DNA of 64,000 nt, from NCBI GenBank assembly GCA_963675755.2, contig CAXXMD010000002.1:1184001-1248000 (forward strand), written 5' to 3'. This document shows positions 41,279 to 51,151 of the stretch, piece after piece. The DNA comes from a bacterium. Lineage in GTDB: Bacteria > Zhuqueibacterota > Zhuqueibacteria > Residuimicrobiales > Krinioviventaceae. The number at the start of each line of letters is the position of its first letter. Within the stretch, counting starts at the first letter, position 1. The translations under genes were made by a program, and so were the position numbers. The notes under the pieces were generated by a model. The model did not search any database and was not told the origin of the DNA. It worked only from the letters and a program-made list of their open reading frames with translations.

Positions 41279-43765
41279 TTATTTCAACAAAAGCATCCTT
41301 TTCTGATCGTAAACCTGTCCATTAATTTTCAGACTGTAAAAATAGACTCCCGAACTGACAGACTCACCGCTAAAACTGGATCCGTTCCAACTCGTTCTAT
41401 AGAGTCCCGGGAAAGAATGAAAATCTACCAGTTTTGTTACAAATTCACCGTGAATGTTATAGATCTCTAATTCAACATGTGCATTTTCATCCAACTGATA
41501 TTCAATAAAAGTGTTGGCATTAAAGGGATTGGGATAGTTTGCCATCAAACTTGATTTTTCAGGAATGTGAGGACCTGAATTTACAACATTGGCTTGTACA
41601 GGTATGTGTTTATACCAGCCCAAAGAACCGGAATATCGATAAATCAGATCTTTATAACCGTCACCATCCAAATCCGAATCAATTTTAAAATCAGATAAAA
41701 CCAAATCATTGATTATGGATACAGGAGTTAAAAATTCATTATTTTGATTTTCGTAAAATAATATATTATCTGATTGAGATTGATACGATAGAAAATCTAA
41801 ATCATTATCATTATCTATATCCACAAAGCAGGTCCGGTTAGAATGTACATCTGGTAATTCATGTTCAATCCAATTCTTTACCAAAACAGCAGGATTCTCA
41901 TACCACTTTATATGAGAATCAAAAAAAACAACAATATCATTCAAACCATCAGAATTCAGGTCTATAACATCAAGCTTTTCAATTCCGGAATCAATATCCA
42001 TAAAAAACTGTTTGGGACCGAAATTCCCCATACTGTCCATATTTTCATACCAGAAAAGCATATTACTCTTTTCAGATGCTACCAGCACATCGGGATCAGA
42101 ATCAGAATCCATATCAACAAGGGAAAAATATTCCGGATAAAGGGCATCACTTGCAATAGTGTGTGTTTGAGAAAAATCATTATTATTATTTTCAATCCAG
42201 ATAATACAATTTGGGTTATTAAACGACATCAAGACATCCTTGTCAGCGTCATTATCAACATCTTTAATAATGATGTTTAACAAACGTTGAAAAATCCCTT
42301 TAGTGTAAAGAATGTGAGAGATAAATTTATCAGGTGTATTATTGTTTTCAAACCAATAGATATTATCATGACTGCCATTAGTGATAATAAAATCAATCCT
42401 TCCATCACCATTTAAATCCTCACTCATCAAATCATTTACTTCGTAAGCTACAGGAAACGAAAACAAATGATGATATATAAAATTACCAGAACCATCTGTA
42501 TTTTCATACCAATACAAATTACAGTCAAAATAGGAAACTACCAGAATATCCTGATCATTATCATTATCGAGATCAAATACAACAAAATCCCTGAAATATT
42601 CTAAACGATTATTAATAGTTAAATTTTTGGCATAATCACCTATTCCATTTTGATTTTCATAATAAATAATTTCCTGATCATCCCAATAAACCGCATAAAG
42701 ATCAAGGTCTCCATCCGCATCAAAGTCATCAGCACCTACACATTCAATACCAGAGTTATAATCAATATAGACGGCATCTCCCCAATAATCTGAATTGTTA
42801 ATTTTTTCCTGCCAATAAAAATATCCATTACCATGAGTTCCATAAAAAACATCCAGATCGCCATCGCTGTTTAAATCACCTGCAGCTACACAAATAGCAC
42901 CATCTGCATCATCATTCAATACCTGTTGCGGACCAAATGTACCTTTGCCGTCAATATTGGGGTACCATGCAATTTTATTATCAGAATAAGAAGCAGATAA
43001 GACATCAGGAAAACCGTCATCATCAAGATCGGCAACATTTAACGATTGGGGATAATCAACCTCTGTAGTTATACTATGTCTGGCAGAGAATACACCTTTA
43101 CCATCCGTATTCTCATACCACACAACCTCATTTTCATTTGCCAGGGACGCTAAAATATCCAAATCCCCGTCACAATCAAGATCAGCCGTTTGCACATAAT
43201 TTGCCCCCATCGCAGAATCGTCCAGCACTTGCTGTGTACCAAAACTGCCGGTGCCATCCGTATTTTCGTACCAGGCAATTTTATTATCTATAAATGATGC
43301 AGATACCACATCCTGATCACCATCACCATCAAAATCACCGGATGAAATCCATAACGCACCATCAACAAGGTTAGATATGATGTGATTCTCAAAATGATCG
43401 GGATCACCGGTATTTTCACACCATGCGATATAATCATCGTTTCTTGAATTATATAATACATCCGGGTCATTATCGCCATCAATATCAGCAACAGCTACAC
43501 ATCGCCCCCCATTTACACCTGAATGAATGATGTGAAGAGAATCAAAATTTGCTTTTCCATCTAAATTTTCAAACCAGACAATATGATCAAAGGTGGAATT
43601 GGCCACAATATCCTTGTCCCCATCCATATCCATATCCGCTGAAACAGCCCACTCCCAGTCATCTAAAAACGGCTCTTCGATGATATTCGGACCGGAAAAT
43701 TCCATTTGTGCAAAAACATGAGTAAAACATACCAACATCAATATGAGTACATGTTTTTTCATCAT
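41279..43765 (-). CDS. Secreted FG-GAP/VCBS repeat protein with T9SS-like C-terminal domain
   Basis: More than ten D-x-D-x-D-G-D-x-D..W-Y-E-N repeats; NYPNPFNANT..SSGVYFY. Confidence 0.9.
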   Translation of the reverse strand: MMKKHVLILMLVCFTHVFAQMEFSGPNIIEEPFLDDWEWAVSADMDMDGDKDIVANSTFDHIVWFENLDGKANFDSLHIIHSGVNGGRCVAVADIDGDNDPDVLYNSRNDDYIAWCENTGDPDHFENHIISNLVDGALWISSGDFDGDGDQDVVSASFIDNKIAWYENTDGTGSFGTQQVLDDSAMGANYVQTADLDCDGDLDILASLANENEVVWYENTDGKGVFSARHSITTEVDYPQSLNVADLDDDGFPDVLSASYSDNKIAWYPNIDGKGTFGPQQVLNDDADGAICVAAGDLNSDGDLDVFYGTHGNGYFYWQEKINNSDYWGDAVYIDYNSGIECVGADDFDADGDLDLYAVYWDDQEIIYYENQNGIGDYAKNLTINNRLEYFRDFVVFDLDNDNDQDILVVSYFDCNLYWYENTDGSGNFIYHHLFSFPVAYEVNDLMSEDLNGDGRIDFIITNGSHDNIYWFENNNTPDKFISHILYTKGIFQRLLNIIIKDVDNDADKDVLMSFNNPNCIIWIENNNNDFSQTHTIASDALYPEYFSLVDMDSDSDPDVLVASEKSNMLFWYENMDSMGNFGPKQFFMDIDSGIEKLDVIDLNSDGLNDIVVFFDSHIKWYENPAVLVKNWIEHELPDVHSNRTCFVDIDNDNDLDFLSYQSQSDNILFYENQNNEFLTPVSIINDLVLSDFKIDSDLDGDGYKDLIYRYSGSLGWYKHIPVQANVVNSGPHIPEKSSLMANYPNPFNANTFIEYQLDENAHVELEIYNIHGEFVTKLVDFHSFPGLYRTSWNGSSFSGESVSSGVYFYSLKINGQVYDQKRMLLLK

Positions 43766-43845
43766 ACTCCCCTTTGCTTATATTATCACATGCAGTAAAA
43801 CCTGCCCACCTTTAGATGGAGAAAAAATCCCCCTATGATTCAATT

Positions 43846-45033
43846 TCAGACCTTTGACGATTTGAAATGGAATTTTAAAATAAAATACCCCAATATACCG
43901 GATGCAATAGATCCGGCAAGGATGCCCAGACGTTCATCAAAAATCAAATCAACACCGGTTTCCTCAAAGGCCAGAGATCCAATAAAAAGACTCATGGTAA
44001 AACCTATACCGCATAAAGCCGCGGTGCCGTATAATCGGGTCCAGTTCATACCTTTGGGCAATACAGCCAATCCCACTTTAACGGATAACCAGCACAACAA
44101 GAATATGCCGACTTGTTTTCCAATAAACAATCCCAATGCAATACCCACAGGGACATTATGGAACAACTGGTCCATGCCACTGCCAATGAGTGTCAGGCCC
44201 GCGTTTGCAAAGGCAAAAATAGGTAAAATGATAAAAGCGACAGTATCATGCAGATCATGTTCCATACTCTTTAATGGAGAATAATCAGGATTTGTTTTAG
44301 ACTGGATGGGTATAAACATTGCCAGCACAACACCAGCCAGAGTAGCATGAATACCGGATTTTAACATGGCCACCCACATTACAATGCCAATAAAAATATA
44401 GACGCTTTTAGATTCCACACCCTTTTTGTTCAAAAGCCACAATATCGGGAGCAGCAAGACCACAACCAGCAATGCAATTTTTGAAATTTTAGAGGTATAA
44501 AACACGGCAATGATCAATATGGCCCCAATGTCATCAAAAATCGCCAGGGATGTGAGAAAAATCTTGAGACTGGTAGGTACCTGTGGTCCAAGCAATGAAA
44601 GTATACCCAATGCAAAAGCGATATCTGTTGCCGCGGGTATGGCCCATCCTTGTATTGCAGAAGGATCGTTATAGTTGAATGCAAAATAAATCAGTGCCGG
44701 AACAGCCATCCCACCTATTGCACCAACACCGGGTAAAATAATGTTTCGCTTGTCGCGCAGTTCACCTTCAAGCACTTCACGTTTCAATTCCAGCCCAATC
44801 ATGAAAAAGAAAAAAGCCATCAGTCCGTCATTGATCCAGAGAAGCAGAGGTTTTGAAATATTTAACGGACCGATTATCACTGCAACTTTTAAAGTTAACA
44901 GCAGATCATAATATTCCCGCAAAGGAGTATTGGCTACAACAAGCGCAAGTACAGTGGCAATCATCAGTACGATACCACCAGATGATTCTTTTTTCAGGAA
45001 ATTTGAAATTACGGAATTATTCTCGTTCGTCAT
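43846..45033 (-). CDS. nhaA: Na+/H+ antiporter NhaA
   Basis: [48 protein letters not shown]. Confidence 0.97.
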   Translation of the reverse strand: MTNENNSVISNFLKKESSGGIVLMIATVLALVVANTPLREYYDLLLTLKVAVIIGPLNISKPLLLWINDGLMAFFFFMIGLELKREVLEGELRDKRNIILPGVGAIGGMAVPALIYFAFNYNDPSAIQGWAIPAATDIAFALGILSLLGPQVPTSLKIFLTSLAIFDDIGAILIIAVFYTSKISKIALLVVVLLLPILWLLNKKGVESKSVYIFIGIVMWVAMLKSGIHATLAGVVLAMFIPIQSKTNPDYSPLKSMEHDLHDTVAFIILPIFAFANAGLTLIGSGMDQLFHNVPVGIALGLFIGKQVGIFLLCWLSVKVGLAVLPKGMNWTRLYGTAALCGIGFTMSLFIGSLAFEETGVDLIFDERLGILAGSIASGILGYFILKFHFKSSKV

Positions 45034-45092
45034 AGATTGTCCCTGTATTTAGTGAATATTAATTTATAATATATACAAAAAATCCAACTACT

Positions 45093-46385
45093 CTATTTCC
45101 AAAACTCGTATACCCTGTCCAAACTTTCCCGTTCTTTTAATATTTTAAAGGATTCACCATCATTGAAATATCCAACAACTTTGGGTAATTGTCGGCTGTT
45201 ATGGCGTGACCACATGCCCATGGTATACGCACCAGTATCATGAATAATGAGATGGTCCCCTTCTTCTATCACTGGCAATTCAACATCCCGCGCAATGATG
45301 TCTCCGGCAAAACACAAAGGACCGGCAATAGTATACGTGTCTGTTTTATCCAATGATTTGAGATTACCCTGCGCATCAGTAACGGCAATTTCGTGGTGCC
45401 AGTCCTGAGGCAGGTAGCATGCACGCATTAGCAGATCTGCCCCAACGTGGATCATGGCGGTTTTTACTCCCGCCAGGTCTTTGACATACTCGACACGACT
45501 TGCCGTCCAGCCACAGTTGGCGTGTAAATATCTTCCAAATTCTGTAATGAGTTTATATGAACCGTTAAACAGTAGGGGAAACCGGGATCGTAATGCCTCA
45601 CTATATTCTTTCATACTGTTGGGTTCAACATCGCGATAATAGGAGACCGGCAGGCCGCCTCCCAAATCAAAAATATTGATACGTCTATCAGCGCCTGTCT
45701 GCTCAAATCTAGTATTGACAATTTCAGCAAACGCCAATACCCTTTCAACACCGTTCAAGAGCAGCTCCATCTCGCACCCCTGTGATCCCACATGCAGATG
45801 AACACCAGTCAGCCAGTTATATTTCAAATACACGTTTAAAAGCTCATCGTACATATCATTCAGGGGTATACCAAATTTAGAGTATTTTCCCGCCACACTG
45901 GTAATACCTATCTTTCCGCTTCCTACCTGCGGATTAATACGAATCCCTATGGTACTTTTACTTTTATTATTTTTAAGAAAATCATCTATACGTTCAATCT
46001 CCTGAAAAGAATCCGCATTCACATGTACACCCAGTTCAAGGGCGTATTCAAGCTCTTGCCGGGTTTTGGCCGGTGAATCAAAAACCATCTTTTGGGGATC
46101 ATATCCGCATTTCTCTACAAAATAGAGCTCTGGTAATGTAGCAGCTTCTGCACCGGCTCCACGGGTTTTCAAATGCTCAAGAATCCCAATTAACGGATTC
46201 GCCTTGATCGCAATAGCATGCAGAGTATCGTCAGGAAACAGACTTTTTAAATCGTTAAATTTTTCATCGAGAAAGGATAGATCATGAAACATAACAGCCG
46301 TGTCATCAGTTGTTAAGAGTTTTTTGAATTTCAACGCTTTTTGTAAAGCTATAGATGCTTTTAGATCACTAATTCGATTTTGCAT
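45093..46385 (-). CDS. Group IV PLP-dependent decarboxylase (LysA-like paralog)
   Basis: AIKANP PLP lysine, SKFG, HLHVGSQ, DLGGGL, EFGR, GPLCFAGD, DTGAY. Confidence 0.85.
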   Translation of the reverse strand: MQNRISDLKASIALQKALKFKKLLTTDDTAVMFHDLSFLDEKFNDLKSLFPDDTLHAIAIKANPLIGILEHLKTRGAGAEAATLPELYFVEKCGYDPQKMVFDSPAKTRQELEYALELGVHVNADSFQEIERIDDFLKNNKSKSTIGIRINPQVGSGKIGITSVAGKYSKFGIPLNDMYDELLNVYLKYNWLTGVHLHVGSQGCEMELLLNGVERVLAFAEIVNTRFEQTGADRRINIFDLGGGLPVSYYRDVEPNSMKEYSEALRSRFPLLFNGSYKLITEFGRYLHANCGWTASRVEYVKDLAGVKTAMIHVGADLLMRACYLPQDWHHEIAVTDAQGNLKSLDKTDTYTIAGPLCFAGDIIARDVELPVIEEGDHLIIHDTGAYTMGMWSRHNSRQLPKVVGYFNDGESFKILKERESLDRVYEFWK

Positions 46386-46469
46386 TTTTCTTCCCGGGTT
46401 CAAGTATAAAATAATATAGAAAAAAAAGAACAATTCACAAATGAAATCGGGGTTGCAGCTTTAGAAATG

Positions 46470-46496
46470 AAAAAGCCCGATTCAATGAACCGGGCC
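46470..46496 (-). terminator. Intrinsic terminator closing the CPBP-to-barrel cluster
   Basis: Minus strand GCCCGGTTCA-t-TGAATCGGGC-TTTTT. Confidence 0.75.
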
Positions 46497-46503
46497 TGAA
46501 AAC

Positions 46504-47280
46504 TTAGATATTATAAATCGCGGATAATCGTACCATCCATCCATTTTTATCAGGAACCGTCGGCAATACACGCGGTGCCATGCTCGACTGTTCACTCTCT
46601 GTAAGATAAAAGATAGGGCCGGCTCCCAACCGGATCTGCATGGACTCGGTAAGCATTTTTATATTGGGACTCAGTAATAGTTTAGCTCCGCCATCGGCTT
46701 CGTCCTCTTCGAAAAAACCTTCAAGGTCTTCGCTCACAAACTCGAGGCCCAAATGGAAGCGTTTGCTCACCTGCATATTGGTTCCCATGGAAAACAAAAC
46801 ATCCACAGCATCGCGATCATCAGAAAAAGGTTTTTGCAAAACAAAATTTGCGGCTGTTCCCCATTTCCCTCTAATCCAGCTTGCAACAAATCGGGTTTGT
46901 GCAGTCTGCACAGCCTGAAATTCACGTATCCAAGCACCACCCATGCTAAAGGAAAGTCCGTATTTTTTCATTTTATAAAAATCATACATTAACTCTATTT
47001 GTCCTGAAGAAATGGCATTATCATCATCTTTTTCAAAAACAGTGGTCGCGACTGCCGATAAATTTAAATTTTCGCTAAATCCATAAACACCACCAAGACG
47101 TTGCTCCAGGCCATCTTCACCAAAGGGTTGAACCGCGCGCAAAGCATACGCAGATTCATATTTTGTGCGCCACTGGTTCTTTTCAACCTGTCCGGGAGTT
47201 ACCAGATACAGGAAATTACCATATTGCGCGAAACTTTGTACTGCAAACAACACGACTGCTAAAAGTATCCATTTTTTCAT
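46504..47280 (-). CDS. Putative outer-membrane beta-barrel protein
   Basis: Signal peptide MKKWILLAVVLFAVQSFA, amphipathic strands, terminal strand VRLSAIYNI. Confidence 0.65.
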   Translation of the reverse strand: MKKWILLAVVLFAVQSFAQYGNFLYLVTPGQVEKNQWRTKYESAYALRAVQPFGEDGLEQRLGGVYGFSENLNLSAVATTVFEKDDDNAISSGQIELMYDFYKMKKYGLSFSMGGAWIREFQAVQTAQTRFVASWIRGKWGTAANFVLQKPFSDDRDAVDVLFSMGTNMQVSKRFHLGLEFVSEDLEGFFEEDEADGGAKLLLSPNIKMLTESMQIRLGAGPIFYLTESEQSSMAPRVLPTVPDKNGWMVRLSAIYNI

Positions 47281-47314
47281 AATCGTTCCATTTGTAATAT
47301 TATTAAACAGCAAA

Positions 47315-48085
47315 CTAGTTTTCGAACAACCCATCGGGATAAAAAGAATTCAGGAATTCATCATTTTCCAAAAGATGTTTATCCACCTCGTTGAAATCCC
47401 GTTCAATCAGATATTTCAATTCTTTAATATTATCTGACCATTTAAATCCATTGAAAAACTGTACTCCCTCAAACTGGGTCTTGTATAGTGCACCACGGCT
47501 GTAACATGAACCCAGGTATATATATTCCACACCCATTTCCTGCATAAACCGAACCGTCCAGGTCATCATGTACATGCCCAGATTATTGTGAAAATAATCC
47601 AGATCATAAAATGAATAGTAATAAAAGGCCATTTGGGGTTCCTGCAGATACAAGAATACAATCCCCACATCCTGTCCGGTCTCTGTATCAGAAAAAATTA
47701 AAACATGAGATATAATGGGCGACTGCATTAGCTTGTCAAGACGCTCATAACTCATCACATCCTGACCGAATTTGGCATCCGCATAGGTTTTACAAAACTC
47801 GCGCCATTGCAATGTAAATTCAAAATCATCACGTGCAATCAGTCTGGCATCTACACCTTTACCTTTACGTAATACACGACGGTTCTCGGACGATGGTGTG
47901 AAATCCTTTAATTGAACGCGTATATTCCGGCACAAATAAAACCGGCTGAGATCCGGTTTGTTGGGTAAAAAGCCCCTGTCAAATATATCGGCAGGGGTTT
48001 CATTTACATCCGGTTCCGCCCATATAGCATATGGGAATATATAATTTGAATAATCGGATTTATACTCTGAAAAATATAACTTCAT
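47315..48085 (-). CDS. Ate1/Bpt-like aminoacyl-tRNA-dependent transferase (divergent)
   Basis: IRVQLKDFTPSSENRRVLRK and YYYSFYDLDY..NLGMYMM..YIYLG..YKTQF match the ATE C-terminal pattern. Confidence 0.72.
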   Translation of the reverse strand: MKLYFSEYKSDYSNYIFPYAIWAEPDVNETPADIFDRGFLPNKPDLSRFYLCRNIRVQLKDFTPSSENRRVLRKGKGVDARLIARDDFEFTLQWREFCKTYADAKFGQDVMSYERLDKLMQSPIISHVLIFSDTETGQDVGIVFLYLQEPQMAFYYYSFYDLDYFHNNLGMYMMTWTVRFMQEMGVEYIYLGSCYSRGALYKTQFEGVQFFNGFKWSDNIKELKYLIERDFNEVDKHLLENDEFLNSFYPDGLFEN

Positions 48086-48106
48086 AAAATAAAAAGTACC
48101 TTTTTC

Positions 48107-49369
48107 TTATTCCTGTCCCGGGGGCCACATACTCTGGCCGACATCGGTACGATAATAACTGCTCAAGCAATAGATCTTTTTAATATTCTGATAGGCTTTG
48201 GCAACGGCAACATCCAGAGAATTGCCAATACCCACAATATCTGCGATGCGGTGACCACTCATAAAGAGGTGATCATTATTCTTGTCAACCACTTCATTCC
48301 ACCAGATATCGCATTCCGGTTTGCCATTCATTTGTACGGTTAAATACGGTCCGGTGATCTTTGTATAAGGATAACCCCATCCTGCAAGAGTAAGAACACA
48401 GGCATGCGATAATCCACTGTTAAACTCGATATTGAGTTTTTGATTTTTTGCCGTATCCATCATCACCTTGACAGGGTGTTTCAACATACGCAGCAGCGGT
48501 AAACCGGCAGTAACTCCAGTACGTACATTATATTCAAGCACATACCACTTGCCGTCACGTTGAGCGGCGGTTACCTGAACAGGTCCATTAAAATTTGTCT
48601 CTCTGAACCACGGCATAAGCGGATGTAATAGTTGTTTAGCAAGTCCGTATTTATCTTCTGTATCTACCTCTACCAGACCACCCAGCGGTGCACCGGCAAC
48701 CGGCCCCATATTTCCATCAAATGCACGTTTGTATTCCTGATTTGTTACCAGTGAATAGATCTCTCCTCCACTCACTAAAGCAATATGACCTGCTTCTCGT
48801 CTGCCCATATATTCCTGCAGAAATACACCTTCGGCATAATCTACATTTTCCAGCCAGCTTTTGGTATCCACAACCGTTTCACAAACAATGGTGTGAACCG
48901 GGCTGCCGGGACGGCACAATGGATTCTTAATCACATACGGTCGGGGATTCGCATCAACATATTTTAGAGCATCCAACCGATTGGGTGCAACATGAGATTT
49001 TGGAAACGGTACATCATATCGTTCACACAGTTGACGGGCAAAGTCACGATCCCGTTCCAACTGCATAGCATCGTGTATTGGAGAAAAGATGTGTGTGCCG
49101 GTTTGCAAAAACTCGTTTGTCCATTTTTCCTGGTGCCAGTTAATGGACATGGGAAATACAAGATCAATTTTATTTTTTCTTATCAACTCGCAGGGATTAG
49201 GAAACTCTTTATAATCAAAAACCTCACCCTCTTGCTGCGGACCAAAGTGTCCATAATCCCGTGTCAAATAGCAAGAGACTTTGGCTCCATCCTCAGACAA
49301 TATGCGCATTGCAGATTGAGCAAAAGAGCCCATTCCAAACACCATTATATGTGGTTTTCTTCCTAACAT
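48107..49369 (-). CDS. Divergent PurD/GARS-like ATP-grasp ligase
   Basis: QLERDRDFA, PYVIK, QEYKRAFDGNMGP, LEYNVR, GYP, YYRTDVG are PurD-like; GSGGREH, DGLAAGKG and RFGDPE are absent. Confidence 0.8.
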   Translation of the reverse strand: MLGRKPHIMVFGMGSFAQSAMRILSEDGAKVSCYLTRDYGHFGPQQEGEVFDYKEFPNPCELIRKNKIDLVFPMSINWHQEKWTNEFLQTGTHIFSPIHDAMQLERDRDFARQLCERYDVPFPKSHVAPNRLDALKYVDANPRPYVIKNPLCRPGSPVHTIVCETVVDTKSWLENVDYAEGVFLQEYMGRREAGHIALVSGGEIYSLVTNQEYKRAFDGNMGPVAGAPLGGLVEVDTEDKYGLAKQLLHPLMPWFRETNFNGPVQVTAAQRDGKWYVLEYNVRTGVTAGLPLLRMLKHPVKVMMDTAKNQKLNIEFNSGLSHACVLTLAGWGYPYTKITGPYLTVQMNGKPECDIWWNEVVDKNNDHLFMSGHRIADIVGIGNSLDVAVAKAYQNIKKIYCLSSYYRTDVGQSMWPPGQE

Positions 49370-49378
49370 ATTCTTCCT

Positions 49379-49975
49379 TTATTTAAGGGCGTTCCGTTTT
49401 TTAAACAATTCAAATTCTTTTTGTATCTTGTAACCTTTGAACTCTTTACGTATAATATCCATCAAGATGTCGTCATGATATTCTCCATTCAAATAACAGG
49501 CATGTCGTCTTTTACCAGCCGGTTTAAATCCTACTTTTTCATACAAGGCAGCAGCACGTTCGTTAAACGCATGCACACGCAAGTAAAGGCTTTCCAGGTT
49601 CATTACATTAAACGCATAATCCATAACCAGCAGCAGGGATTCTTTTCCATATCCCTTGTTTTTACATTCATCGGGACCAATAAAGATTCCCAACTCGGCG
49701 TAACGATTTGTATAATCAATACCCAAAAGCGATATAGTTCCTACAGGTTCACCGGTTTTTTTAGCATAAATGGTAAAAAATCCTTCATTGGGTTTTGCCA
49801 TATTCTGCAACCATTCCAGTTCCTGATTGTGAGTAAGCAGAATATTTGTGGTGATTCCAATCCCATTTTGCATATCATGCACCCATTGGCGATACGTATC
49901 AGCCAGGTCTTCACGCATGGGTCCTAAAATCACCTTGTCTCCAACAAGTTTTGGAGATATTAATTTCATATCCAT
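49379..49975 (-). CDS. GNAT N-acetyltransferase (RimJ/RimL/SpeG-like)
   Basis: AELGIFIG..NKGYGKE..YAFNVMNL..NERAAALYEKVGF. Confidence 0.92.
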   Translation of the reverse strand: MDMKLISPKLVGDKVILGPMREDLADTYRQWVHDMQNGIGITTNILLTHNQELEWLQNMAKPNEGFFTIYAKKTGEPVGTISLLGIDYTNRYAELGIFIGPDECKNKGYGKESLLLVMDYAFNVMNLESLYLRVHAFNERAAALYEKVGFKPAGKRRHACYLNGEYHDDILMDIIRKEFKGYKIQKEFELFKKRNALK

Positions 49976-49987
49976 CTAGTCCACCTT

Positions 49988-51046
49988 TTAGCCGCTAAAA
50001 AAGACAACCCAGACCCAATCAATCAACAAATGTACTATAGCAGCAGCCATAATTTTTTTGGTTTTTACATAGGTTAATCCATAAGCATATCCTGCAATGG
50101 TTGCAAGAATAATATAGGCCCAGGGCATATGCCATACTCCAAGAGAACCCAAATTTATATCCAAAAAGGGAGCATTGCTGTTATTTCCATGTGCAAGCCC
50201 GAATATTATTGACGATATGATAAGCGCTTTTGTTTCAGCATTTTTAATACCGCTCATGCGCTTTTGTATCAGATTGTGAATAACGCCTCGGAATAGCAGC
50301 TCTTCAGGAATTGCCACAAAAAACAGGATTGTAACAAGACTGGAAACCATAAATCCCAGATCAAGAGAGTCATCAGAAAAACGGATAAATTTAACCGCCA
50401 TGCCCAATACCAGGATCACCATACAAACAATCAGGAAATTTATGATTGCGGTTTGCCATTCCTTGTGTTTCAGGTTATAAGTATATCCCACATCGGGCAA
50501 TTGACGGATTACCAGATAAACATAAAATAATAACAGCATTCCCACCAAATGATATACCGCAATTCCTCCACTGGGAGGTAAACTGGCAGAAGGGATCAAT
50601 CCAAATTCTATTGGCAGCCATAATAACAGAATTACAGCTGCATCAATGGGTAAAAATCTTTTTTCTTTAACCTTTAAAAACTGCATTAAAAAAACAGGTA
50701 GTAGACAATATACCAAACCAATCCCAAAAGTATAATATGCAAATGGCCCCGTTAAAACCGTATACATGGTTGCAATACCCCACAAAGCCAACGGAAAATA
50801 CCAGATGGCTGTTGGAGATTCATCCACATATTTTTGCATAATCTTGACAAGCGTAATGCTTGAAAAAAAGATATAGACAGATATCAAGATCAGGAAAACA
50901 AGAAAACTGACGAGCAATTCTACTACAGATAATTGCAGACGCAGTACACTGAATGCGTATGTAAAGGCAAGAATAGCAACAATAATCAGAGATGAACGAA
51001 TGTCTTTATTGAGCGCTTGACGTTGATAATCTTTTAAAGCAACCAT
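49988..51046 (-). CDS. CPBP (Abi/CAAX-like) intramembrane metalloprotease
   Basis: EELLFRG, FGLAH, HLLID; SD AGGAGG before ATG 51046. Confidence 0.9.
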   Translation of the reverse strand: MVALKDYQRQALNKDIRSSLIIVAILAFTYAFSVLRLQLSVVELLVSFLVFLILISVYIFFSSITLVKIMQKYVDESPTAIWYFPLALWGIATMYTVLTGPFAYYTFGIGLVYCLLPVFLMQFLKVKEKRFLPIDAAVILLLWLPIEFGLIPSASLPPSGGIAVYHLVGMLLLFYVYLVIRQLPDVGYTYNLKHKEWQTAIINFLIVCMVILVLGMAVKFIRFSDDSLDLGFMVSSLVTILFFVAIPEELLFRGVIHNLIQKRMSGIKNAETKALIISSIIFGLAHGNNSNAPFLDINLGSLGVWHMPWAYIILATIAGYAYGLTYVKTKKIMAAAIVHLLIDWVWVVFFSG

Positions 51047-51074
51047 AAATGGTCCCTCCTGTTTTATAGAACAG

Positions 51075-51103
51075 AATATAAGAAATTCAACAACGTCTTT
51101 CAA
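51075..51103 (-). promoter_or_regulatory. Candidate sigma70 promoter for the CPBP cluster
   Basis: Minus strand TTGAAA-17 nt-TATATT. Confidence 0.55.
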
Positions 51104-51104
51104 T

Positions 51105-51141
51105 AAAAAGGTTGTCCCGATTTTTAATAAACCGGGACTGG
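51105..51141 (-). terminator. Probable terminator after lysA
   Basis: Minus strand GTCCCGGTTT..AAATCGGGAC followed by AACCTTTTT. Confidence 0.6.
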
Positions 51142-51151
51142 CTGGCAAGAG

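Noticed and set aside
41279-43765. DNA-level repetitiveness as a mobile or diversity-generating element
   Set aside because: It is explained by protein-level FG-GAP/VCBS repeats; no reverse transcriptase or template repeat was seen.
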